Source: Squalus acanthias
Taxonomy: Eukaryota
DNA: 64,000 nucleotides
Reading direction: 5' to 3'
NCBI GenBank assembly: GCA_030390025.1
Contig: CM059432.1
Location: 45,262,001 to 45,326,000, forward strand
The position numbers were made by a program, and so were the translations under genes. Under the pieces are notes generated by a model. It made no database searches, was not told the DNA's origin, and saw nothing but the letters and a program-made list of their open reading frames with translations. How positions within the stretch are numbered: position 1 is the stretch's first letter; the number at the start of each line of letters is the position of its first letter. Below are positions 50,648 to 63,064 of this stretch, piece after piece.

Positions 50648-51005
50648 GTCCGTCATGGCTCAGTGGTAGCAGTCTCACCTCTAAATCAAAAGGTTGTATG
50701 TTCACGCCCCACTCTGGAGACTTGAACACATAACCTAGCCTGATACTTCAGTGTAGCACTGGGGGAAGTCCAACCTGCCTGCTTATATAGATGTAAAAGA
50801 TCCCATGGCACTATTCAAAGAGGAGCAGGGGTTTTCTCCTGTTGTCCTGGCCAACCTTTATCTCACTGCTGTTTATAAAACCTTGCTGTTCACAAATTGG
50901 CTGTCATGTTTCCTTACATTACAACAGTAACTTTACTTCAAAATACTTCATTATCTGTAAAGTGCTTTGGGATGTCCTGAGGTACTAAATGCAAGTTATT
51001 TCTAT
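50648..51005 (+). mobile_element. DeuSINE (SacSINE1-like), diverged
   Basis: TGGCTCAGTGGTAGC head; GATGTAAAAGATCCCATGGCACTATT core; L2-type tail. Confidence 0.8.
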
Positions 51006-53814
51006 TTTATATCTAAACTTTAAGTAAAATAATCTCATCTGGTTGTACAATGCTGCAGTCTTCAAAAAAAAAGGATTGCTAGGTGAATCAGTTCAATAGG
51101 AATCATACTATCCTAATCAGGGACTCTGTCCAAGAACCAGGAAATTTGGGGGAAAATTCCATCCAGAATATTACCATAGTCTTCTTACCCTACCTCAAAC
51201 TATTTAAAGTCAAAACTTGGTTCTAGCATAGTACAAACACATCAGTTAAATTCAATTCGCATTATTATTCCGTAAATCATTAGAACCTGGATTCATGCCT
51301 ACAATTTCCCACATGGTGAGATCCTAATTGGAACTTAACCATCTGAGGAAGGTGCAAATGGAAACAAGAAGCATGTCAATCCAGGTTACTGATTATAGAG
51401 TTGCATTGGCAGAGTCCTGGAAACTAGTCACTTGTCTGCCATGTCAAATGGGGAATGGTGCACAGCATAGAGCATCTTAAAAGGGGGAGATAAAATTTAA
51501 AAAAGGATGGACCAAATTATTTTTCCAACTGTACTTTCTTAAATCCAGATCAATGTTTATCCCTACCCTCTTTTTCTGCAGATCCATCACAGCCATGGGG
51601 TACAAAAGATGATGAACTGGAGAAGATGCTGAAGAGGAAGTGGAGCGAAGAAGAGGGTAGATATTTCCTCCTCACAGATTATGATGATAAGCATGATAAC
51701 AATGTGAATGATGATGAGGATGATAAGGAACAGCACAACCAAGAGTACCTTGATCAAGATCGACCCCTTTTCCTCTACGCCAACCCCCATGGACATCCTT
51801 CCCCCCTGTGTCACTTGTTTTCTCACTCCTATAGAAAGGCGTACATGGAAGGCATGAAGGAGCCAGAGGAGTGGGAAGTGGACAAGAATGTGCCAAAGTC
51901 CCAGGGAAGGCTGTGGAGACAGCTGCCCTTGGTTACAGAGTCATAGGACTCTGATGTCATGAGCCCATGATTCTTGTTGCTACAGTTTAAAAGGACATCA
52001 CATCTATTAGGCTGTTTATATAGCCAAAGAAAATTCTTGCAGTCTTTCTAAGTTCTGTGATGTATTCAGTTCCACTAAAATATCCTAGAAATGCTCAGAG
52101 CAGCACTAAACTTGGATGAATCATCCAGTGAAGCTCTCTCCTGATATTCTACTGCTCTTTACTCACACCTACTTTTCCAGCAAGATTATAAAATACAGGA
52201 ACTTCAGGTCCTAAACTCTTATGATTTCAACTTTGTGAGGCAAAATTACATTTTATTATTTGAATTTTTGACTGTTCTAGGACATTAATAGAATGTTTTT
52301 CTGCTCTAAACTCTCTAAAGAGTTACAAATCACATGATAAAACCTGGCAATGCATTTGGTTGGAATGCATTCTATTTCTAGAACAACATATCTGCATCAA
52401 TTAAAATTTGATTCTTTGAAAATCAAATAATAATGATGATTAGGGAATGAAGTCCAAATTATTAAGCATGATCTTTTTTAATTATCTCATTAAGAATTGT
52501 CAAATTAACGGCTTGTTATTTCAAGAGGGTCATTCCAGCTACTAGAATTCAAACCATGCTCCCAGAGCAATATCTGAGAAACAATGCTGGAAAATTTATC
52601 TGGTGTAGATCGGTACATTAAACAATTTTTTACAATAAAATCAAATCCCTAAAGAATACAAGCAAAATTAATGTTCTGCAAGAATCTTCTGATGTTGATT
52701 TTATTTTTGATGTGTGAAGTTTCTGTTGATAACCATTTGGGATGTAATTATATTCACTTAAGCTTTAACGGATGTCTAAGTGGCTGTGCTATCATATGAT
52801 TTGCTGTGTGGTCTTAGCGTTGGAGGGGCAAAATTAAATTATCCAGCAATAGCAATGAGAGTGCTTTAACTATCAGTTATCTTCCATGGACATTTGAATT
52901 ATGTAACCCTCGGGTGATTTACATATTTATATTATTATCAAGGTTTATCCACATTTCTGCTGTGGAGCCAGTGTACACAAATATGATGTTCATTCTTGTA
53001 GAATTAAAATGGTTACAGGCATTAACACCAAGGACACCAAATGAAGGTACAGCAAAGGGAAAGCGGAAACAAATTAGAGGCCGAGAAAATGTAGATTGGA
53101 AATAAGTGATATTTGAAAGTGCTGAGCTATTTGGGATCATCCTAATGACTACGCCTCTGCTTGTTGGTTTAAATGCAACGGAAGCTAAGCTTACTGCAAT
53201 ACAGCATCTACTTGGCTTACAATAAAAACAGTGATTTTTCACTTCTTAATTAGAATAATGATCCAACAGGATGGCAATAATCAGAATAAAATGCATTATA
53301 CTGCTGACTGGGAATAATGCAACAATGCTAGAGTTTGCAAAAAAACCTCTTATATGCTGCTCAATTTCTGCCTCTTAATAAGACCACTCTATTTAAGTAC
53401 AATTATTAGAATTGAGATAGATGTTTAAAATACTTTACACAAAACTATTTTACTTGTAGCTTTGGGACAAATTTTAGCCGAACTAACATTCATATCATAT
53501 TCCATTAAGTCTGTTGAATCTTGATACAATGTCAGAGTAAATGCTTATAGCAACCTGGTAGAGCAAGATGCTTTAGTATATTGTACAGTACTGACATATT
53601 TGATTATTTTGGCTAATTTTAGAATCAAATGTTTAAAGAATATTAGATTTCCCATGCTGTTGCTCACTGATTATCGGAGAATATGTTGGAGCAGAATTTT
53701 CTGTCCCTGCACTTGGACATATTGGATTGCCTGGGTTCAGCGCATTGAGGAAAATGAGGTGGGAAGGGTCACATGCCCCATTTTTCGCCCTTTGTGTTGT
53801 CTTGCTATTTTTAT

Positions 53815-54049
53815 CTGGGATATTGGGGAGCGGGCTGGAAATTGGACATGAGTTTGAGTTCGGATCGGTCAAGGCCCTGTGGGTGGCGGAGCGGGCCCAG
53901 GGGCCGAGTGGCCTGGTCCTGCTCCTACTTCTTGTGTTCTTCAGAGTTGAGGTTGGATCAGATCAGCCATGATCTCATTGAATGGCGGAGCAGGCTCGAG
54001 GGACCGATTGGTCTACTCCTGCTCCTATTTCTTATGTTCTTATGTTCTT
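53815..54049 (+). mobile_element. CR1 3' end with tandem double 3' UTR
   Basis: Matches the reverse complement of 14222-14495; (TTCTTATG)n tail. Confidence 0.85.
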
Positions 54050-56151
54050 ATTGTGGAACCCACCACTTAAGAATTTCCTCTTTTAAATTTCAGATCTGAT
54101 GTACAGTCAGCCATTTTCTCATTCTTTCCTTTGGGTGTGTCCTCACTGCTTTAGCTATTCACATATTCTTTGCTTCTCTAATGTTTTTAATGCTTCCTTC
54201 CATTGTCTGCTATAAAAATCATCTCAGTCATCGAGTAATCTTTAAGCAGGTTACCGGTCATTCCACCAATATTTCCTGTTTGTTTTTCCCTCTTGCCCCT
54301 CTTCATTCTCAATCTATTAAAATACTTGTTCAGCTTTCAGCTGTTTGCCCTGAAATATTAAGTGGTCTGTTTTCTCCCAGATGCTGGCTGGCCTGCTGTG
54401 TGTTTCTAGCATTTTCTGTTTTTCTTTGAAATTTACAGCATCTGCAGTATTTTGCTTTTAAATGTGCATGATATGTTTATCACCTTACCTCTCTATGTTG
54501 GCTCCATGTGATGTGATGTCGGTGTGTCCTCTTCTAGCTCTCTCTGTTTTTATGTTTTTTTCTGGTTATCTCTCTGTGCTATTTTGCTTCTGCCTCTCTT
54601 TTTCTTCTTTTGTTGGTTCTTTTCTTTGTGCTCTTCTTTCTCTTTACTTTCTTCTTTTGTGTTCCTACAGGGGATGGGAGACATGTTGCTAAGGTTCAAA
54701 GTGGTAGACGAAAGCAAAGTTAGGGGATGGTGGTCGCCAAACCCACACCTCTTTGCCCCATGACCTCCTCTCATACTCAAGCACCTACTCCCCTGCACCT
54801 CATGTGCTCCTGTTCCCCTTCGCTGCAACACCATCGTTTGCTACCCCCTTCCATGTCTGCTCAACCTGTCCTGTCTGCTGCCTCTGTTTGCTCCTTCTAT
54901 TCTTCCCTGATCCCTGACATTCTTCCCGTCAATGGTTTCCCTCCCACTCCCCTTCATCCGCTACCACTGCTGCTACTCCCCTTTCTCCATTCCTGCTCTT
55001 TCCCTCTTATTTTCACTCACATGTTCTAAAACCTGTGATCCATTTTCTTGGAGCAAAAAATAAAGGAGGTGAAATTGGTGCTCACCACACCCAGTTTTGG
55101 GCACAAAATTCACATCAGGGGGAACCAATTTCGGGGTGAGTTCTCCATGCCCCGAATCCCCCCCTAAAAACTGGTAAGTTTCTTAGTTTTTACTTACCCT
55201 ATTGTGGAACCCGGATGAGCAGCAATACTGCAGGCTGCTGCCGACCTGCACACGTCCACTTTCCATTCACCTCTTCTCCCAGACTTACCTGCTGGCTGAC
55301 TCTCAGTTCAGACATGGCCAGGTCTCGTGGAATTTCCTCAACTGTAAAGGATTTCCTGGAATTTCAAATCCTAATATCCACTTGTTGTGAGTTGGTACTC
55401 TGGACCAAGAAGGCTTACAGTAAATCCAGAATGCAGGCAGGAGGGAACTATTCTGATTTAAGGAGCCTACGGTATTGGCAGTGGGTGCAGCTTTCATTCA
55501 GTGTGATTTCTCAGGATATTCTAGCAGTATCTTAGATTACATGTTATGTTGATTGTGTTAAGCAATAGAGCTGCAGACAGCAACAACAATTTGCACTTCT
55601 GTAAGGCTACTCACATGCAGAATATGTCTTAGAGCACTAAAGGAGGAGAAACAAATATCAGGAACAAAGAACGGTTACAAGAGGGTGATGTTTTGTCAGC
55701 ATTATGGCTTTCTTGAGGATTATGTAGATTTTTCCATCCTTGGGTGATCTCTTTGTAGGCCCAGTTTTGTGCACAAGCATTCTGAATATCTTCCAGATTA
55801 GTTCTGATGCAGCTACCAATACCTAGAATATCATTGAGAGTATTTATTCCTTTCTATTTATTTTTAACCTTGTTTGAATAAAGCTTGATAACTGAAAATG
55901 AAATGCTAAATCCTAGAGAGGAAATTTAGCCCAGAAGCCGTATATATGCAACAACCTCGTCAACCACAGCTAGTCGAGGTTAAAATTCCACAACCAATTG
56001 AAGTGTCCAAATCAAAGCTATCTGTATATTGGATCACATTATAAAGGAGAGGGCACAGGAATAAGCTGACGTCTAAATGTTTCTTTTCTTTAGCTTACTT
56101 TGTATCTCCTTTTTCTTCTGAATAAATTTTGCTCTCTTCTACTCCTGGAGA

Positions 56152-57320
56152 TAGGCCTGCATTTTGCAGTCAGCAGCGAAGGGACAGCGCTCGCCGCTAA
56201 CCTTGAAGAAAGCTGCCCACAAAGATTTAGTGGGCTCTGTGGCATCAATTTTCCCTATTCCAATGCGACTCTTAATCTGGTGTCATCTATAGGGGATCTG
56301 TGGTGTTCTGGAACAGTGAAGTCATCAAACAGGCTGAGCAGCCAATCAGATTGAAGAATTCTCACAGACAGCAAACCAGGAAGTAAAAGGCAGGTTTTAT
56401 CATTCACTTTTTAATCATTTTACAGAAAGCAAAATAAAGATTGGGACACCAGTGTCAGCTGTGGCTCAGTTGGTAGCACACTTGCCTTTGAGTCAGAAGG
56501 TTGTGGGTTCAAGTCCCACTCCAGGGACTTGAGCACATAAAGCTAGGCTGACACTCCAGTGCAGTACTGAGGGAGCGCTGCACTGTCAGAGGTGCTGTCT
56601 TTTGGATGAGACTTTAAACTGAGGTCCCATCTGCTCTCTCATGTGGATGTAAAAGATCCCATGGCACTATTCGAAGAAGAGCAGGGGAGTTATCCCCGGT
56701 GTCCTGGCCAATACTTAACCCCTCAACCAACATAACAAAAAACAGATGATCTGGTCATTATCACATTGTTGCTTGTGGGAGCTTGCTGTGTGCAAATTGG
56801 CTGCCGCGTTTCTCACATTACAACAGTGCTTCATTGGCTGTAAAGTGCTTTGAGACGTCCGGTGGTTGTGAAAGGCGCGATATAAATGCAAGTCTTTCTT
56901 TCTTTCTTTTATACACATGGGATTAAGGTAGAAACTGAAATATCATAAAAAACAAATTAGTTTTTATTATTTTAAAAATCTATGGAATTTTAATCATGGA
57001 ATGGAGGAAATGACACACCATACTTATAAAATTAGTTTTTCAGGGCTAGAGAGGTTGTTCAGCAGTAATTATGACTTAGTACACTGTTAAAAACTCAGTT
57101 ACACCTCATTCAACACAGCTTAACATTTCGAGTGTTTTTTTCAGCAAGAATCGTCCATAAAAAGTTGAAGTTCACGCCAAATTACTGATTCTGTTTTGAT
57201 TGCATTTGCGAAGACTGCAAAAGTGCACGTTATGGAGGAGCAGGGTATCACTGATAGCAACTTCTGGATTTCCATGTTTAACTGTGCATGTGCAAACGCC
57301 TGAACTTTCTGTCACTTTTA
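56152..57320. mobile_element. Old MITE-like element related to 10638-11511, interrupted by a SINE
   Basis: Left TIR-like GGCCTGCATTTTGC; internal AGCAACTTCTGGATTTCC..TTTAACTG motif shared with ~10895-10925. Confidence 0.5.
56453..56909 (+). mobile_element. DeuSINE (SacSINE1-like), full length
   Basis: TGGCTCAGTTGGTAGC A box, GGTTCAAGTCCC B box, Deu-type core, L2 tail ending (TTTC)n; flanking ACAC direct repeat. Confidence 0.88.
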
Positions 57321-57544
57321 CACAGTTTTATTTTATATAGCTAGGTTTAAAATTTTTAGAGGGAACACGCTGGTGATATAGTAACACTAATTAAAGAGTC
57401 TGAAAGTTACCAAAATATCTACTTGCTGGGTGCTCCAAGTCAATTTGGTTAGAAATCTGTCACACCAAGAGGAGCAAACCGATCATTGGGAACTGTCACA
57501 GAACAATGTGGAAAATGAGGAAACTGACATGGATTATTTTGAAC

Positions 57545-57865
57545 AAATAATAAGTGGAGAAAGAGAAGCTGCTAGTTATGGGAGGATTTAATTACCCTAA
57601 TTTTAAATTAAATGACAAAAGGGATCCCTGAAAAAGGGGAGGTGAGTTAATGCAGGACTGCTTCTTGGCACAGCAAGTTTCAACAGGGATTAGCAATGGC
57701 ATCAGACTTGATTTAGTGTTTACCGCTGAGCCAGAAAGTCAGCTCATTTTGGAGATAGGTGAATACTTGAGCAGTAGTGATCATAATATCATTAAATCTC
57801 ATGTGGTGACATGGACAGTAGCAAGAAATAAGAAATGAAGATTCTAGATTTCAGGAAAGTCATTT
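57545..57865 (+). mobile_element. Ancient CR1 endonuclease fragment
   Basis: MQDCFLAQQV...RLDLVFT...GEYLSSSDHNII. Confidence 0.7.
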
Positions 57866-58320
57866 TTTACCCTTCCACATCATGAATGATTTTACTCATC
57901 CAGGTATGAAAAGGCTCTGAGGATTGTTGACAAGTTTACTCATCATTCTTTCTGGGTTTCATATGTCTTAACACACGAGGGACTAATTCTTTGGCTGGGT
58001 TTTTGGCCTAACCCTCACTGCTGTAGGCAATAAACCTGGTGAAGTGGAAATTCAGTTTCTCTGTCAGCTCCAGCTACATGTGAATGAGGCATTGTTACTA
58101 ATCAGCAAACAGAGTTAGCAGGTCATTCCCACAATCTTCAGTTGGCACTGTTGAAATATTGAAGAGGGAAATGGTGACTGTCCCTTCTGCCTGTCCTTTG
58201 CACTGTTGTTGCTGAACTGCAGCTTCTAAGAAACGAGTGGTCCCATCTTGGAGTTCATGGCTACCAAGTGTTTGCCAACAATGGGAGGTAACATTCTTGT
58301 GGTATAGTACTGATCTCATT

Positions 58321-59963
58321 GGCCGGAATTTTGCCAGCACTCAGAGGGCGGATTTGGAGGGGGGTCTGCTGTCAAAATAGCAAAGATTGACAGCGGGTAG
58401 GAAACCCGCTTCCACACGAGTCTCCCAGGTGTCGGGTCTATCAGCGGAGAACTGATCCGACACCAAGCAGCGGGGGATACAATTTAGCTAAGTAAATTAC
58501 TTGTTAAGAGCCAATTTAATGCTATTTTGAGGCTGCCTTTCAATTTTACGTTCTCCACCACGGGTTACCTGCTGCTCGGGGAACACACCAGCTCACACTG
58601 GCGTGAGTTGAGTGTGCTCTGATGTATCTGATAAGCTGACAGCTGCAGAAGTGGTTTAAAGGATGCCATGTTGCAGATGGTCAGATTCAGAGCACAGAAA
58701 CTTTTGGTTACTTCATTTGTCATACATATAGAAATTTCTTTAGCTTGCAAGTGTTTAGAGGTAACTGTATGTCCAATGCCACCTCATGGGAACAACCTCT
58801 CTCACCATTGACAGATCGCTTCTGTCATCTCAACTGCAGCTGCCATCTATTGCAGCAACATCGGTGCCCTTGAAAAAATCTCACCTTGGTCCTCTGAATC
58901 CTTCCATGATCAGCCCCAACATCATCATCACCAGGCACACCAACATCACCAACAACACCACCAACCTTCTCTGCCATCACCTGATGCTGCACAGGACACA
59001 GGGCATCAGCCCCAGACAACATTGCTGGCTGGGAGGCCAGCAATGGCATCACCATGGCCAGATTTACTTCACTTGACACTGTTAACCCTGGCTGCCACAT
59101 GATGCGCCAGGTTGACACCATCCCACAACAACACCATCTGTCCAATAAGGGGCAGTGTTGGAAAAATAGATTTCACTGTATGACAACACATTACCAGAAA
59201 CTTCACATGGACATTGGCTAAACCTCTCAAGTACCTACCCTTGTGTGTTGTTAGTTGGTATGCTTGCAGTAGGATGAGGGTGAGTGTGAGGGGTGGCTAG
59301 TGAGATAGGGAAGTGATAAAGTAGATAGAGAGGGTTGGATGGAGGTGCAAGGTAAGTTGGTGTGAGTAAGGATGTGCAGGAGAAGGGTATGGAAGGCAGA
59401 GTGATGGGGATGTGTTGAGTGGCACAGCAGGGTGAGTTTGAGTGTGGCTTTGCAGTAACGTTTCGTGATCCACTGAGATCATTGAAAGGTTAGCACCACT
59501 GCAGCCAGGGACCCCTGAAAACATCCCTGCTTTTGCCCTCCTGTGTATTGTGCAACCAGGCTGCGTTGGTGTCCTGGGGAGGTCTCTTCCGTCCTTGGAA
59601 GGGAAGAGAACCTCCCTGCGTGCTGTGACTCCCTCCATAAGCATATGGAGGGAGTCATTGGAGAGCCTGGGTGCAAGTGTCCACCTTTGTGCAGCGCTTG
59701 TCAGTGTTTGCAGCACCTCAATGCTGTAAAACACTGACCGAACAAATGTGGCTGTGGTCCCTTTAAGGAAACCAGCTGATGACGCGTCATCAAATGAGGT
59801 CATCAGACCTGCTTCCTGTTAATTGGCCGGGAAGCCCGCAGGGCTTAACAAGGCCAATCAAGGGAAAATCCCGTTTACAGAGCTGCTGCAGCTAGGATCA
59901 TGACTGGAACCTGGAACCCAGCTCTCCCGTCACCATCCCGACACCGCTGATAAAATCGTGGCC
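58321..59963. mobile_element. Internally deleted Harbinger element with Myb/SANT exon remnant (-)
   Basis: ATT|GGCCGGAATTTT ... AAAATCGTGGCC|ATT (3-bp TSD); APRLSNDSLHMLMEGVTARREVLFP. Confidence 0.8.
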
Positions 59964-60266
59964 ATTGTCTTTTGGTTGCCTTTAAGAGGATCAACACACA
60001 AAACCAGTGCATCATGCAATTTATCATATACGGTGACTATAGATAATGTGCAGGTGCTAACGTATGTTATTAGAGACAAGTTAGGGGTAAACCTCTGTGG
60101 GGGTTCTCCCAATCGTCTGCCATAACTTCGGTGGAAGAGCAGTGCAAACTCCGAAAAGATTGAAAATTAGTTGATGTTGATCCAATCTATAAAGAAGGTC
60201 AAGCGCATGACCTCAGGGGACTGCTGGTTTAACATTAGGAAGAAAATGTGATTCTATTATAAAAGA

Positions 60267-60937
60267 TGCGGAGATGCCGGTGTTGGACTGGGGTGGACAA
60301 AAGTGAGAAGTCGCACAACACCAGGTTATAGTCCAACAGTTTTATTTGAAATCACAAGCTTTCGGAGCTGCTGCTCCTTCGTCAGGTGAAGTGAAGGAAT
60401 ACGAATCGGCAAAGCATATATAGACAGAGAACAATGCCTGTGCAGCGTACAATGTCAGACGACTACAGTTAATCTTTCTGACTGCCTTTTATCACACCTC
60501 GGCAGAGAGACAATCAGGTCAGTCAGGAAGGCACCACATCAAAGACATAGCAAGATACAACTAAGACAATGAGGTGGGGTCTCAGGGGGTCTAATGTGTC
60601 AAATGCTGCAGTCTGTATGGAAAACCATAAACTGTGATTTCCAGTAAAAAAAAGTAAAAAGTTTAAAGTTTAAAGACATATCTTGCTATGTCTTTGATAT
60701 AATGCCTTCCTGACTGACCTGATTGTTTCTCTGCCGAGGTGTGATAAAAGGCAGTCAGAAAGATTAACTGTAGTCGTCTGACATTGTACGCTGCACAGGC
60801 ATTGTTCTCTGTCTATATATGCTGCGCCGATTCGTATTCTTTCACTTCACCTGACGAAGGAGCAGCAGCTCCGAAAGCTTGTGATTTCAAATAAAACTGT
60901 TGGACTATAACCTGGTGTTGTGCGACTTCTCACTTTT
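60267..60937. mobile_element. Penelope-like fold-back element with 259-bp inverted arms
   Basis: Arms 60299-60557 and 60679-60937, 121-bp spacer; TSD-like TTATAAAAGA (60257-60266 / 60936-60945). Confidence 0.75.
60847..60884 (+). ncRNA. Minimal type I hammerhead ribozyme (mirror copy on - strand at ~60352-60389)
   Basis: TCAC-CTGACGA-A-GGAGC(AGCA)GCTCC-GAAAGCTT-GTGA: CUGANGA and GAAA core, stem II, stem I TCAC/GTGA, palindromic AGCT in place of stem III. Confidence 0.75.
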
Positions 60938-61334
60938 ATAAAAGAAGCCTTGATTTGTTCCTGTGCCCTCACTCCAAATCAGATATGCTTCAGGGGCTGG
61001 GTATACATATTTGTGTTTGCAGGCAAATATCAGTGGAGCTTAAGCCTCTCCAACCTCACCCCCTCACCTGCACTCCCAACACCACTACCAGTTTTTCCCA
61101 GCTCAGTTCTACCCTGGGGCTCCTACTTAAGGCCTCTTCCTATAAAGCGAAGCAGTTAAATGTGGCTGCAAACTGGGGACATGAACTCTGACAGGTACAG
61201 GAATTCCTGGCCACAGAACACAGCCACGTTCAATTGTTTCAACTTTTACAGCAGCAGCAACAACAACATTTGGGAGAAATCAGGAGCGGTGCTGGAATTT
61301 AAAGGCTGTGGTAGATATGCAAGACAGGAGGATA

Positions 61335-62437
61335 GACCTTAAGAATGGGAGAGCATTGTTTCCCCAAAATGCTGTGGATTACTGGGTTAATTGAAATTTT
61401 CAAGGTAGAGATTGATAGATTTTTGTTCGGTAAGGATACTCTGGTATATGGATCAAAGGTGGGTAAATGAGTTGAGGTACAGATCAGCCATGATTTAATT
61501 GAATGGCTGAACAGGCTTAAGGGGCTCAATTGACTACTCTTGTTCCTATGGGAAAGTAAGCTGTGAGGAGCACACAAAGAGCCTGCAAAGGGATTTAGAC
61601 TGGTTAAATGAGTGGGCAATAAGGTGGCATATGGAGTATAATGTGGGGAAATGTGAGGTTATTCACTTTGGTAGAAAGAATAGAACAACAGAATATTTTT
61701 TAAATGGTGAGAAACTATTAAATGTTAGTGTTCAGAGAGATTTAGGTGTCCTCGTACAGGAAACACAGAGAGTTAGCGGGCAAGTACAGCAAGCAATTAG
61801 GAAGGCAAATGGCATGTTGACCTTTATTGCAAGAAGTTTGGAATACAAGAGTAAGGAAGTCTTGCTACAATTGTACAAGGCTTTTGTGAGACCACACCTG
61901 GAGTACTGTGCACAGTTTTGGTCTCCTTATCTGAGGAAGATATACTTGCCTTAGAGGCGCTGCAACAAAGGTTCACTAGATTGATTCCTGAGATGAGAGG
62001 GTTTTTCCTATGAGGAGAGATTGAGAAGATTGGGCCTATACTCTGGAGTTTCGAAGAATGAGAGGTGATCTCTTAGAAACATATAAGATTTTGAGGGGGA
62101 TTGACAGGGTAGATGCTGAGAGATTGTTTCCCCTGGCTGGAGAGTCTAGAACTAAGGAGCATAGTCTCAGGATAAGGGGTCGGTCATTAAGATTGAGATG
62201 ATGAAGAATTTCTTCACTCAGAGAGCTGTGAATCTTTGGAATTCTCTACTCCAAAGGGCTGTGGATGCTCAATCATTGAGTATATTCAATGTTGAAATAG
62301 ATAGCTTTTTGGATTCAAGGGGAATCAAGGGATATGGGAGTCGGGCGGGAAAGTGGAGTTGAGGTTGAAGATCAGCCATGATCTTATTGAATGACAGAGT
62401 AGGCTCGAGGGCCTGCTCCTAATTCTTATGTTCTTAT
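61335..62437 (+). mobile_element. Two tandem CR1 3' fragments (61335-61549 old; 61550-62437 younger)
   Basis: MEYNVGKCEVIHFGRKN...VRPHLEYCAQFWSPYLRK; 3' UTRs with TTCTTATG tail. Confidence 0.9.
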
Positions 62438-63064
62438 ATTATGTATTATCAGCTCCTGAAAACAATCTGTGCAACTCTAGTGGCAACAGATCACTTTGGT
62501 CATACTGGATCTTAATAAACTGCCTACCATTCTGTTATGCAGAAAACAAGAGGGCAATAATTTAGCTTCTCTCCAATTATTATGCAAAGGGATAATCAGT
62601 ATGGTCTGTTGTTGATGGTGCAGCTAGTTCATAGGAACTATATAGTACATAAATAACAGGAACAGCATTATACATTGACAATAATACACTCACCTCTAAA
62701 TAACATGCATCAGGAACCAATGCAGTTGTGTTCCTCAGACAGCATATTATCAGTTTCCTGAGACCATGCTGTACAAAACCATTAGCAACAGACTACTGAA
62801 AATGCTGTATTTTTAATAATCTATCAACCATTTTTTCAGCAGTGAGATACTAAGTTAGGTAAAACAAAACCTATTGTTTGATTTACGCTCTTTCTAGTGA
62901 TTAGATTATGGCATCATCAATGTTTTGCAGCTACACAGTAGGATCCCAGCAGCAGCTAATGTGTAGGTGACAAAATGGTGTAATTGACGGATTTGGATTG
63001 ATCATTTCGAGGTTTTCACTTCTAAATAGCATTTTAGTTATTTTGAAACCACAACAGACATTTT

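Noticed and set aside
54540..54763. Long polypyrimidine tract with a possible acceptor at 54670
   Set aside because: Low-complexity sequence; all frames close quickly and no clear donor
56453..56525. tRNA genes (also 3165, 11727, 50648)
   Set aside because: tRNA-like heads are fused to SINE bodies and LINE tails
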